The position numbers and the translations under genes are program-made. Shown in pieces: positions 12,152-25,025 of a stretch of 64,000 bases of DNA. The DNA comes from Orbicella franksi (taxonomy: Eukaryota): NCBI GenBank assembly GCA_964199315.1, contig OZ116712.1, positions 16,988,001 to 17,052,000 of the forward strand. The letters are read 5' to 3'. Numbering within the stretch: position 1 is the stretch's first letter; every line of letters starts with the position of its first letter. Under the pieces are notes generated by a model. The model saw nothing but the letters and a program-made list of their open reading frames with translations, searched no databases and was not told where the DNA came from.

Positions 12152-12415
12152 TTAAGCCACTCGAGTACGCTTTGCAGACCATTTTTTAAAAGAGTCAATC
12201 GTAATCTAAATTATTTGCCACTGGGCCACCACACCGAAGGAAACAGTTTTTTTAAAAAAAAAAATTTCGATGTTTCCCGGAGGAGGTAGCCTGTGGTTAG
12301 TGGAAGAGCGGGCGATGATGTATTAGATTATATTAAATTTAGCCATTGCCACGTGACCATAAATCAACCAATGGGAGCGCGCGTTAGACTCCAGCTATAT
12401 AACAACATTACTTAA

Positions 12416-12873
12416 GGTTATTCCCCAGTATTGCATTGCGCATCCCTACTGCGCATAATTTCACACGTGATCAGCGCGCGCAAATTAAAATATGGCGGCT
12501 TTTTCTTTGCAGCTGGACCTCGCCATAGAGGTAAATCGTCATTTTCTCGCAAACGAGTATGGTGACCTATCATTCTTTTTCTGTTGTTTTGAATGAAGAA
12601 ATAAATTTCTCTGTGTAAAATAAATATGGACAAATTCTCAGTGTAGAACAAAAAGCAATCGTCGGAGACGTGAATTTAACAACTGAAGCAATCGTGACTA
12701 CAATCATGGTGCTATTGTTAGGATTTATATGGTATAAACAAGGTGCTGTTGCTCCTAAACGAACGTGGGGACCCCTCATTTTTATTTCAAAATCTAAGTT
12801 CCTATAATATAAACAATCAATAGGCAAAATTTCACAAAAATCTCAGTGCAGGTTCTATTTCAGTGGAATGACC
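12416..12873. mobile_element. Second TTAA-type (Kolobok-like) MITE, degenerate
   Basis: TTAA|GGTTATTCCCCAG on the left versus CAGTGGAATGACC|TTGA on the right: an imperfect TIR with one mutated TSD. Confidence 0.5.
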
Positions 12874-12879
12874 TTGAGC

Positions 12880-13011
12880 TTGTAAGGGTTTCGCAATTAA
12901 AGAAGCCCCCTATATTTTGGGCAGGCAGTACTCTATACTAATTTAATGTTTATTGTAATTATTTTATATATTGTGAGTACAAATAAATGGTTGTTGTTGT
13001 TGTTGTTGTTG
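12880..13011 (+). mobile_element. 3' end of a non-LTR retroelement with AATAAA and (GTT)n tail
   Basis: AT-rich trailer ending ACAAATAAATG followed by ~7 GTT units. Confidence 0.5.
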
Positions 13012-15594
13012 TACGTTGCAAACCTAACTTGCACGCCCTCCGTTTAAGTTCACAGATTGTAATCCTTAATTTGTGAGTTAAAAAACACACGCCTTTCTTC
13101 GTTTCCAGGCTCTCCTCATTTCTGACCTGGAACAGACGTTTGAGTCTGCGCCTGCAGTCTGAAAGTTTTGTTTCCGCTTATTGGCTGCACGCAATAACAA
13201 TAACAATGGAATATAAAGTTTACAACAAGGATCACGAGCGAACTGCTAACTGAGAAGCTGTTGGTGATGAGTAAGTTTATTTTAGAGATGATAAGAAGGT
13301 GCCTTCACTGAGGTATCCGATTAGAGCTCTGTATAGGGGGCTTCTTTAATTGCGAAACCCTATTGCTTCCTTTCCTGCCTGTCTGTGTCCACTTTGAGAG
13401 GTGCTTTGTGTGTCGGAAGATCTCCCTGTAGCTTCAGTAGAGAATTGTTGTTGGCAAATCATGCACTAATATTAAATGACATGTCTTGTGCCTACTCTTC
13501 TATGGTTTCGTACGTTCCGTTTGTGATGTGGTTAAGTCGATTTTCGTTTCGTGATTTATTTTGGAGATATATTGGATTCATTTTAAGTGCTTTGTGGAGT
13601 ATTGCATTCCTAACATGCTAATGTACGTTACGGAAGATACAACAATGTAATTAAGACCTTGGCCCTTGAGTACTGTCGTTTACTGACATGGAGAAAACAA
13701 ATACTATGTTTGAACAGAGATTTAAGCAAGATTTTAAGCAGATCATCGTGTCAAGCTGTGTATAGATAACTAGATTTTTACGGTTAGGTTCTGTGATGTA
13801 GCAACCGAAAAAAAGCTTGCATATAGTCTTTCAGAAGAACGATAATGAAACGGCAACGGCGAACCATCCACCAGGGCTTAACATCATAGTAGACATGCTG
13901 TAAGGTAACTTATGCCCTCCACTCTTTGGACTAGTTCATGAGATGCGCGTTTTGCTCACGACTGCTGGCATAATCTTGAAAGGCAATAAAAATTAAATGA
14001 AAGGGATAAATTAAAACCATTTAAGAATCCTGTGAGTTTGAAAATGATTCTTGTAGTACGGATTTTTTACAGCTGTCCACAACAAGATCATGATAAGGGT
14101 GCGACTGGCCCGGCAATATGTCAAAACGTAACACAGTGCTCAGCTAGCAAACCCGCATGATTCTTCGTAATATTAGACCTCTACTTTAACAGCAAGAATA
14201 GAAATATTCCAGATCATTGCTGGTTACTTTCGGCATTTTTGTGGTCACGGAGCTAAACATAACTCCAAGTGAATGTCACTTCTCTGACCGGTCACTGAGT
14301 TCTCTGTCTTTGTCCATTTCGGATTCAAAGTGGAGGTCCATTTCACCACCGGGAAATGGTCGAATGACTTCTGCAGCAGTCAGCTTGAAGTTAATTAAAG
14401 AAGTCTCTTTTAGAAGAGGACTTTTTCGACTTCTTCTTGTACGATTTTCTCTGGCAACTGAAAATCTCTCGCTTCGCAGACAAAGTCTCTGTAGGGAGCA
14501 CTAATATAATCTACCAAATCACTTGGCGTGACGTGACATCAACGTGACTAGCATTTAGTCTAAACTGTTTTCATTCTTTGGTGGTTTTAAATGATGAACC
14601 GATAAGATACAGTTCATAAGGTTTTACAGTTTTTACGCGGTGAAACTTGCAGTTCAAATTTCGTTTAACACTAAGCAAAAAGAACTGTAATGAAACCAAA
14701 CATGTCATGTTAATGGACAATTGACTATAGAAGGGAGGACCACCAGTTTTAGCTGTCACTCCACGCTTAGCCCTTACAAATTAGATTTAAACCCGGCGCC
14801 GGCTCAAAGCAAAATTCTTTTCGTTTTCTACTAATTTTAAGAAATGTGAAAATAGTTTTAATAATCGCTTTAAGCTGAGAAGCATGGTAATCAAGGCATT
14901 ATTTAATTTTAACGCCAAGTCTATAACGCCGTCAAGACCAAATTAAAACAAACGCTGAATCGAATTTCCTCTTGATGTTTTTGTTCCTAAAGTCTTAAAT
15001 GGCTTAGGATTATATTTGCTAGTGTATGAATAGTAGATAAAGATGACCGTGATTTAAAGATTTGACCTTCCCATAGTGTTTTGACCAAAGGTTCGGAAAT
15101 ACCTCTCGGCAGACGAGGTGGAAATCATGCATTTGTTTACAGCGCACGAGTTGATTGCTCGAAGGCAAAAACAAACTAAGATATTTCATTTATTTTTGAC
15201 TGATTTCATAACTCTGTTAGGTTTTAAGTAAAACGTTTAGTGTCGTAGGGTACCTTTGGGTGTATTAGGAACTAAAAAGATCGCCTAGCTGCGTTACTTT
15301 ATAGAAACTCTATTACTAACCAGCCTCGTGGTCTCCTCGTAGTCGAGCTGGTATTCTTGTTTTTCCTCAGTTCCACCCGTCCATAACGTTCTCGCTGACC
15401 ATTTTGCTTGCATAAGAGTTTGTCATCAGCAAGTGTGCAAAGGAGTATGTTTCCACTTTGAACTTCATTTTGCAGGATTGTTTATAGTTTGACTCCGAAG
15501 AAAAAGTCTTCGTGCAAGCATTGGGCCCTTCCCATGCATACCCGACGGACGACAAATGACCAACCCACACCCCAGCTCAGTATTGAAAGCAATT

Positions 15595-16800
15595 CAGCAG
15601 GACATTTTGTAAAATTTATAGAATATTTGTTGACCGTCCAAGGATTTTTGTCGAAGTTTCTTAAAACCCAAAAGGTTATTTTAGCAATGATCTCAAAGGA
15701 AAGACACTTTGCTTCACTCTTTGAAAAGTCTTCTCAAAATGCATCAAACTAATCCATGTACCAGTTCAGTACTGAAGGCTGTTCTGACATTTTGTAAACT
15801 TTTTTACCTTAGTCCTAGAATATTTCTCTTGAACCCTGAACGGTTAATTTTTCAATGATCTCAAGGAGAGCACACCTTGCGTTTTTCTTGAAAAGTCTAT
15901 TTAAAATTTCACCAACCAGTTCAGGACTGAAGGGACGAAGGCAAATCCGATATTTTGTAAAATTCCTTCAAGTCCTAGAATATTGCTTGTAATTTCTTGT
16001 GACACAAGTGGTCATGTTTTAGAATGATCTGGAAGAGAAGACTTCTAACTTCACTCTCGTAAACTCTGCTCTAAGTTTCACCAACCAATTCATGTCCCAG
16101 TTTGAACTGAAGGCAAATCCCATATTTTGTTATGAATAATTTCTCCAAGTCCTAGGATATTTCTAGTAATTTTTTGTGACAGAAGCGGTCATGTTTTGGA
16201 ATGATCTGGAAGAGAAAACTTCTAACTCCACTCTCGAAAACTCTGCTCTAAATTTCACCAACCAGTTTATGTCCCAGTTTGAAATGAAGGCAAATCCCAT
16301 ATTTTGTCAAAAATAATTTCTCCAAGTCCCAGAATATTCCTAGTAATATCTTGTGACACAATCGGTCATGTTTTGCAATGATCTCGAAGAGAAGACATCT
16401 TACTTCACTCTCGAGAACTCTGCGCTAAATTTCACCAACCAGTTTTTGTCCCAGCTCGTGCTAAAGGCAAATCCCATATGTTGTAAAAATAATTTCTCGA
16501 AGTCCTAAAATATTCCTTAGTAATGTCTTGTGACACAATCGGTCATGTTTTGCAATGATCTCGAAGAGAATGTTTCTTACTTCACTCTTGAGTCTGTTTC
16601 ACAGGTCTGTTCAAAATGGTACCAGCTAATTCTGTCCCAGTTCGTAATGAAGGCAAATCCGATAGTTTGTAAATATTTCTAGTAATTACTTGTAACCCAG
16701 ACTTATTTTTGGAATGATCTGGAAGGGAAGGTGCGTTTCTTCTCTCTTGAAACGTCTGCCTACTAACTCATGCCCCAGTTCAGTTTAGAGAGCAATTCAC
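15595..16800. repeat. Tandem array, ~177-bp unit, ~7 copies
   Basis: The anchor TGAAGGCAAATCC recurs at 15773 (degenerate), 15936, 16108, 16285, 16462 and 16648. Central spacings are 177 bp. Stops occur in the frames checked. Confidence 0.9.
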
Positions 16801-18641
16801 TCATTTTGTAAAGTCTCTCCAAGTCTTCTGAGAGTTTTCCTTGAATTTCTTAGTGCCCAAACTGTTAGTCTTCAATCGATTGTTGAAGAGAAAACACCTT
16901 GCTTCACTCGATACCGTAGGAATATTGGCCTCGTCTTTCAGGAGTGCAAAAAGGCGATAACTCAGCGTCCTTGATTCCGTTTTAATAATCAATAGTATTT
17001 ATAGGTCAGTACTTCTTGGATTTCCACGTACACACTAGCGATGTCAAGTTCTACTCGTCAAATCCCGCTTTCCAGAAAACAGTTTTCTACCGCACATTGC
17101 AGACTTAAATTTGTATTTTTGACGACCAAACCTCACTGAAGTGAGTGAAGTCGGTGTCAGCTGTTCCTTTCCCATCAATATTTTTTTATGTCGCCAGCAC
17201 TTCCAACAGTACAACTTGCTTACATTCTTACAGATGAATTTTTATTGTGGACTTCTCATTTCAATCTAAAGTAATATTACTGACATGGATGCAAATATAT
17301 GTACATCGGATCATATTAACAGGAGAGCCAACGCTACCTTACCTAGTACAAAGACGCGAAGGTACTTACATCTAAACTGTTTGCCCAGTCTCGTCGCGAT
17401 TCTATCGGCAAAAGTGCCTGCTAAATTATGTTTCTCTTATGAGCTTTTAACGTAAAATAAATTACAACTTCGGCAGCAAAGGAACAGGACAAAATATTTC
17501 TACAATTTGTCTTTAATTCCATGTCATGCATTGTCTACGCGTTTCGAAAGGCAACCATAGAAAACCGTTTACTGCGAGGGATTGTGTATCATGTCTTCGC
17601 AATTTTGGTTAGCTGACTGGGTTTTACTTTTCTGGCGAGGTTTTTACTTTGGGGCAAATAAGACAAACATAGAGTCAAATGTCACTGCATTAATCATACT
17701 TCGACCAGAAATTCTCTCTAAGCGTCCGAATCACTTCATAATTAACTTCATCAACAGTGTTATGAAATTCTATATTTCCCTGAAATATTAATGTGGCTTA
17801 AATGTTTGTTTCCTATTTCAAATGATAAAGGGATGTGCTGTCTTTTTTCAAAAGAAAAAGCGAATTAATACTTTGAACGGCTTTCTCTATCTAACCACAA
17901 GGCAAAAGGTGGTGCGAGATGTCTGTTTGAAATGAAGGTCGATGAAGCAAACACGCCCTATGATATTCATCATTCATTAGAACAGGTTGTCTTTTCATCG
18001 CAAAAAATTTGGGACAGTATTCTATTCGACTAGTTTTTCATTGTTTAACTGTAATTCGACTGGGGCTGTCTATCTTAACTTAGCTGTTTCATATTTGTCA
18101 ATGGCTAGAATCACGGCCTGATCGAGCGAAATGTACGCTAGCTTTTTAGGGGTAACTCAAAGGGGACCTCTAAAACGCTTCGATGAATACATCAATGGCA
18201 AAATTAAAATGTCACTTTCATACTCCTTGCATGTAAAAAGGTCAAGATATTACCAGAAAAGAAAAGTAAATCTGATTTTTTTTTGTTCTTCGACTTAGTG
18301 TAGATTTTTTCGATTTACCCGACTTGAATTTGAAAGTGTAGCATTTATTACTTGATGGAAGTGATACGACTGAGGTGTTCAACCTGTGGAACAAATTTAC
18401 AATTTTCTACTCTCGAAGTTAATTTAGGTTGTTGGTCATATTTTACACGTTCTCTTATTACAACTACAGAAAATGCACCTCAGGGAGAAAGAGCAATTTG
18501 CTGGGTCTCCTCAACTGACAGACAGTTTCAATAGTCTCTCTTGGCCGTGGTTGTCACCTCATAAACGGCCAAAACAAGACCATGAACAGTTACTGAATTG
18601 TGAAATGATTCCTCCACAGTTTTAAGAGTACGGCAACTCTT

Positions 18642-19171
18642 TTACCATTTACAGTATGAATAAGCTTGCATGCAAGACGAGTTCATCGATGAGATGGGAG
18701 CCGTATAGGAATACGAGTTTCCATAGGAGTTTGTGTAGTCATAAGTCGGTGGGTACTGGTTGGAGAAGTAATTCCCCACCGAGTTGCTATAATCGCTTGA
18801 ATAACATGGCTGACCTTCGCGGATTAAAACCGGCACCGGCACAGTTCTTGGATAGAGCGAATGTGAGTCTTTGAACTCTCCAGCTTCGGTGGCTTGTTTC
18901 TTTTGCTTGTATCGGTGATTCTGGAACCATATTTTGACTTGCGTTGGCGTCAGGTTTATCATTCGCCCGAGCTGCTCTCTTTCCGGAGCTGACAAGTACC
19001 GTTGATATCTGAATCGTCTCTCCAGCTCGTAGATTTGCTGTTTGGTGAAGAGAACCCGGCGTTTTCGTTTCTTAGGAGCTTCACTGGATTCATCTCGGTT
19101 GATTTTTGGACCTTGCTGTAACACATCGGCACTGCTGCACTGCTCGTTCAACTCAGGATGTGGTCGAGCAC
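18642..19171 (-). CDS. NK2-A exon 2 (homeobox + NK2-SD)
   Basis: ttttgctcgattag|GT GCT CGA; open to the stop at 18642. Confidence 0.93.
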
Positions 19172-19907
19172 CTAATCGAGCAAAAGCGGGTAAAGGCGTT
19201 TGATGAGGCTCGATAACACCGATTAAGGGGTGATTTGGTTTTAAACTACCCGCGAGGCGGAGCTGTAGTCAAGGACTCTTGTGATCTACAAGTTTGTACT
19301 CTTAACTTAGGTAAGCTATTCAAAAATGCTTGATGCGAAGAAACGGGGCCAAACTGCGGGAAAGAATGCTTCTACAACACGCTTGTACATTAGCTTTCTT
19401 TAGATTTTTGGCATAATCATGTCCCCAACGAATATCCCTATCTACAGGTTTTCATCTCTTGTGGCTACCAAAAGTATAAAATTAAGGTGACGCTGATCTT
19501 AAGCCTGTTTCTTTTACTGCGATTTTGTTCAGGTTACGCTTTCCGAAATGTCATTCCGTGTTCTAAGTCACGAAAATCTAACGACATACTCTTTTGAGAT
19601 TTAACACAACCTGCGAGACAAACGAGCGTTCGCCTGAGTGAACTCTCTAGAAAATGGATAAATCTTAGAGGAATCTGTGGGAGTTGGGAAGAGTATTTCA
19701 AGTTACAGCCCTGTACCTACCCGAAGTGTTGTCTTGGCTTTGGCCCGATGGTGGCATCGTAGTTATTATGCAATTAGATCCTGTAGATCGATCGGGAGAG
19801 AGATTAACACCTTGGCAAATATTAGGAACCCTTGGAGTAGCGCTGGAGCAGCTTTGGAGGCACGATTCCGGGAGACTAAGAATGTTCTTCACGGAAAAAG
19901 AAGACAT
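18642..19907 (-). CDS. Nkx2.2-like: NK2-class homeobox gene A (NK2.2/vnd-like), 238 aa; exons 19907-19721 and 19171-18642
   Basis: TN motif [14 protein letters not shown]; 549-nt phase-1 GT-AG intron; homeodomain [20 protein letters not shown]...WFQNHRYK (19070-18891); NK2-[18 protein letters not shown]; Tyr-rich tail ending in W; total 717 nt. Confidence 0.93.
19721..19907 (-). CDS. NK2-A exon 1 (TN/eh1)
   Basis: ATG preceded by an in-frame TGA; donor TCG G|gtaggt. Confidence 0.88.
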
Positions 19908-19963
19908 AACGCGAGTCCCGACGGACGGTGCTCAAGATGGCTGCTGGCCTATTGACTGTATAC

Positions 19964-19974
19964 AGATCAAAGGG
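19964..19974. promoter_or_regulatory. Perfect TCF/LEF consensus site AGATCAAAGGG, ~60 bp upstream of the NK2-A ATG
   Basis: Exact match to the optimal TCF HMG-box site (CCCTTTGATCT on the gene strand). Function untested. Confidence 0.45.
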
Positions 19975-22384
19975 TAGGTAGGAATGTGTGGGTTGGTTAA
20001 TGAGCAAGCTTGAGACACGTCATGTATGACTCGCCTGAATTGACATAGAACACATGTTATTATTCACTGTTTGAGGAGAATTTATTTAGGGTGATAAAAA
20101 GATGTCACCTCTTTGACATGTACGTTAATTAAAATGATAGCCATTGAAATCTTTTAGACAAAGCAAAAGACTTTATAGGGCTTAAAACGATTCACTTTAA
20201 CTTGGCCTTTTCTTTTCGGTGACTTGCTGCTCGTTAACAGCGTATCCCAATTAAAGCCTTAATCCCATTTAGAGAGCTGCCAATCGTGCGTTCGTTTAGC
20301 TTTTGTGGTGTAATTGAACGATCCCTGACCACTTCCCGTCCCCTAATGCCATTTTCCCTCACGCCTCTCAAAACATTGAATTAACTCGGTAAAGGGAGGC
20401 GGGAAAGGTATTGTTCAATGGCGGAGCTCGCGAATTGTTTATTAAATACAGTTAACTGGATTAGCTCTTGAGCAATTAACCGTTTAGAAATCAATTTCTC
20501 TCTGTGTTCTTCTGAATTGTTCAAAAATAGTAAGCCTTTTTCAAATAACAGTGTAGGTGTTTAGTGTGTTAGCCTTGTTGCCTCAGTGAGCTAGGATGGG
20601 GTTTTCTTTCGTGAATTAAAGGATCAATGATTTTGAATTGCTAATAACTAGAATCGACAAGCTTGACAACTGTGTCTTCCTATAAAAAGCTTCAGAAATT
20701 AGATTGATTGATGGATGTTTTTCTTGCCAAAATTAAAATAGGTTCCTTTGTTTTATCTCGACGGGTGAAACTTTAAAATACTGCTGTCACAACAAAGTCG
20801 AATAGCAATCTCTTCCCTTTCACGTCGTCTTAAAATCCAAAAACAAAATCGAAACTTAAAAGGTTTTAACAGATTTCGACTTCTCTAATTCCTTGGTTGT
20901 TGACAGCTACTTCAGTGCACGGAATCTCAACTTGTTTTGATTCGGAGACGATATTTCAAGGAGATATGTTAAATCGGTTAAGTCCTGTTCTCGACAAATT
21001 TGTTTTGGTCAGGGTTAATCTCAAAATGTTTGGCACGAGTTTGAATGGGAGTACCGCCAAAAGGTTGAAAACACCGACCACTACTGAGTAGTTGTGAGAA
21101 TTTTTTGTATCTCAACCTCCCACCATTTCTGTGATTACTATTTAATGAACTGTAGGGGTGGTCTTGCGTTTCAAGGACTCTCGCACGCTTTTTTGACAAT
21201 AAAGGAGTCATGTACGTTCTTCAGGTTTGGGTTTTTAAGGGCCATAGGTGCCGTGATTGTTCCCAATAGTGACAGATCTTATAATTAAAGCTTGCCTCTG
21301 GCACCTTTGTCATTCTCTGACAGAATGTTTAAAAATGACGGTAGGCATCACCATATCTTCCACAGTTGAAAACACAGGAAACAGCTACAGTGACCTCAAC
21401 AAACATCCATGCTTGCTACAGTGAAACATAAATGTTTTGAATACCTGTTTGGGGATTACGATCAAAAGTGACAAAGACGTTTCTTTGACCTTGAACAGTT
21501 CATGTATAACCTTCCCTTCTGTCACATGGTTTCTCTTCACTGATTTTATCACACATCCCAAAGAGGCACTCGGAAGAAATCTTTAAGTTAAAAGTGGCAA
21601 AGATGTACTAGTACTCTCTGCCTGTTTGTTGATTTCGAGGTACGTCGAGAGACATGAAGTTTACTCAAATGTTTCATTGTTTTCGTTACCTTGTTCTCCG
21701 TTGTTAATCTAAATCTCAGCTTCATCTCCAAAGGTCATGAGGACAGCTCTTTGGCGTCATCTGCTATCGTTTCTGACAAGTGGTCAGTATTGAAATGACG
21801 GTGATTCTACCAACGATTGGCAACATCACGGAATCGTTTTTCACGTCTGAAAGCCTTTTTTCTACAAAACGGGGTTGTAATAGTGTTTGAAATGCTTCTT
21901 TTGGGTCATGAGAAACTTTCAGAAAAAAAATCAACGGCTAAACTCGCAATTATTATGAGCAATTACTCTCACTTTGTCTTCATCAAGTTACGCCCCTTGT
22001 CTTTGCCTTTTCTAGTTTAAATGGTGGGCAGGACTAACATTTTGACCCGGGCACACAAGGAAAACAATTTGGCGCCTCATCATGACAAGAAGCAGATATT
22101 GTCATCGAAACGTCTTTTAAGGTTAAAATCAAAACAAATCAGTGTGTTTTATGGTTTTCGAAAAGATCCCTTGACATTGCATTAGTGATTCGTAAAATCC
22201 CCGAGTTCTGAGATTAATGGATTAGTGAGTGGTTGAATGTGCGAAAATAAAATTTGGCCTGATTGAGGAGAGTTGTTTGCAATTTGCACGTTAAATTGAT
22301 TCTTTTATGTAGTCTAGGCACTTATTGAAGCACGTTGCAAATTCCTTCGTGGGGGCCATCTTCGATGTTTGCTGGACCCCATGG

Positions 22385-22780
22385 ATCCTTCAGAGTCATA
22401 CATGATAGATAATACAAAACTAATGATTTGAAACTTTTCTTCTATTAGTTTTAAACCTCGCGTAGCAAAGACTCTCCGATACGCGATTCAGTTACAGGCT
22501 TCAGGCTAAATGCCGGCTTTGCTGTTCCTTCAGGGTCGTACATGATAGATAATGCAAAACTACTGATATGAAACTATACTTCTATTAGTTTTAAACCTCG
22601 CGTAGCAATCAGACTCCGTTAAGCGGTTCCCTTACAGGCTTTAGGCTTAGTGCCGGCTTTGCTGTTCCTTTAGAGGTATACATCATAGATAATACAAAAC
22701 TATTGATATGTAACTATAGTTCTATTAGTTTTAAACCTCGCGTAGACACGGTTCAATTACAGGCTTCGGGCTGAGTGCCG
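22385..22780. repeat. Tandem triplication, 140-bp unit
   Basis: TACAT(G/C)ATAGATAAT at 22399, 22539 and 22679; each copy carries TTCTATTAGTTTTAAACCTCGCGTAG. Confidence 0.9.
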
Positions 22781-23277
22781 AGTCGCCTAACAAATTTGGA
22801 GGTGTGACGATGTGAAACCGCACAGACGACATAAACCCGTGTATAGTTATTTGATAAAAAAAAAAGTCTCGTCCGAAACGTTAAAAACAACAATATTTAA
22901 AAGCGGTTCGACGTATTCGACGAATTTATTCGTTTTTATTATCTTAGACTCCATATTTCATCTTTCATCGTGGTCACCATATGTTGAATTTTTATCACAT
23001 TCGTAATGTCTTTCCTCTTTACAGGCTGTTCCTGGAATGGCATGCGAAATATTTTCTGTTATCGTGGACTAAAATAGGGTCCATTACACTGTTCAGACAA
23101 GTCGTTTTAGACAATACATATGCATGAATTGAACATCGTGAAGAATCAGATTAGTCAAGTAAGACAAATAGCTGATTGAGGCCATCGACCCAGGAAGATA
23201 ACGAACCAAACCCGTGATATGATAGGCCTTAGAAGTCAACCAATCTTAGAGAAAATGAGGTCAGAGAAAACGGGTGC

Positions 23278-23309
23278 TTTGGTGATTTGGTGATTTGGTG
23301 ATTTGGTGA
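23278..23309. repeat. (GGTGATTT)n 8-bp minisatellite, ~4 copies
   Basis: Read directly. Confidence 0.85.
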
Positions 23310-24359
23310 AAGGCGCATCACTTAATCAATCTTTACAGGCATCTTAGTCGTTACAAATGACAAGAAGAAAATAGGAAGCGTGTAGATGCAGTAAAACAGT
23401 TGCTTAAAACTAGGATTAATTTGTGCCATCGGACAAAAACCACAAGTTGATCTTAAAGATCGTTTCCTGCGGATATAAGAGTGAGGTTTTGAAATATTAC
23501 AATAAAAAAGTTCATCATTAGACTGTATAGACTTATAGATCTAACTTCAATTTAATCAAATCTACGAAGACGACTCCGCGAAGAAAGTTATCTCGGGGAT
23601 CCCAAAAACGAAACTATGCCAGTCAGCCTGACAGAGGCCGTCTAGGTTACATTCTTTTGTTGAGAAACTAATTAACTCTAGTTCTTCTTATCTGCCATTC
23701 ACGTTGGAACACTGCAAGAAAGTTATCCTCATTTAGTTGTCAAGACGTGGACAGCTACTATGTTGTAATAAAGTTCATCTTTTGTTGTGGACCATGCGGG
23801 TGGTCTTTGCAAGCAAACACTTTGACGTTTTCAATCAAGTGCATACAAGGAAACACACAGAGCTAGCAAGTCGATGCTGTGTACGTGATGTTACTGAAAA
23901 ACAAATCGTGAAATATTCATGTTAAAACGCACAAAACAGACCCTTTGTTGATGACTTTTTTAATGTATTTCTTTCTTTGTTGTTTTGTACAGTGCTGCTA
24001 TTCTTTAGGTGAGAAGGGTAGAACGAAAGGAGATTCGTGACACTGTACTTTTGTTTTCAAACTCAACTAATAATTTTTAAGAGTCTGATTTGAAAGTTAA
24101 TTTCCTACAATAAAACTTTGAAAGCTTTCCGGTCGAATTCAGGTGCTTTCTTTACTTTATTTTAAGACTTCTGCAATAAATGTGTTTATAGATAATGAAA
24201 ACTTTAACTTTCCTTTTAATGAAAAAAGGTCATGTCAAAAACAATATTGCAAGTGAAACAAAAGTAAAAAAAAAACATATGACCTTTCTACTCCCAAGAA
24301 CATCCAAGTTAGAATAGAAAGAAATCAAATGTTCCTTTGCAAAAGTAAGAAAGCATAAG

Positions 24360-25025
24360 TTTTTCCACAAAGGTAAACACATTAGGGCTCATTCCACAGG
24401 CTCAAATGTTAGTATCGCCTTACGGAACAGCATAACCGCAAAAACTACCGCATGCAATCGCTACTTAAGATTTCATGACGACTCAAACGCCAGTTAGAAT
24501 CGCCTTGTACAACGTTTTAAATAGCAGCACATGAAAAGTCTGTAAGGTAGCTTTCATATGAGTGGTCACACACTAGGGTTTTATTCAGAGAGCTCAAAGT
24601 TAAACCACCTGTGCAGCATAATAATAATGCCTATTGGCTTCCAGATGAATGGTCACACAGTACGATTTTTTTCCACAGACTTGAATGTTACAGTGACCTT
24701 TTACAGCGTACAGGGTCACATGAAAGTGCTGCTCATGAGCTTATATAAAAATGGTCACACACTAGGGTTACATCCATAGCCTTATAAGTTAGAACCACCT
24801 TATACAGCATAACCAACAGTACCACATGAAAGTACTGCTCAATAGCTTTTCATTTGAATGGTCACACACTAGGGTTTCATTCACAGGCTTAAAAGTTAGA
24901 ACCACCTTGTACGGCATCATAAACAGCACCACATGAAATTACTGCTCAATAGCTTTCATTTGAATAGCTTTCATTTGAATGGTCACACACTAGGGTTTCA
25001 TCCACAGATTTTATTTTAGAATCGC
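24360..25025 (+). repeat. Cluster of ~107-bp repeat (AATAGCTTTCATTTGAATGGTCACACACTAGGGTTTCATCCACAGAC family), ~6 degenerate copies
   Basis: The core GGTCACACACTAGGGTT recurs several times. The same family is at 50.6, 53.2, 53.9 and 56.3 kb. Confidence 0.85.

Noticed and set aside
14217-14504. 95-aa ORF and its antisense frames as a gene or fifth homeobox relic
   Set aside because: There is no WFQN or other motif, the antisense frames are interrupted by stops, and no splice context supports it.
19945-19965. Out-of-frame LYTVNRP upstream of NK2-A resembling MYTIDRP of NK2-B
   Set aside because: It is only 7 residues, out of frame, has no start codon and overlaps the TCF site; chance cannot be excluded.
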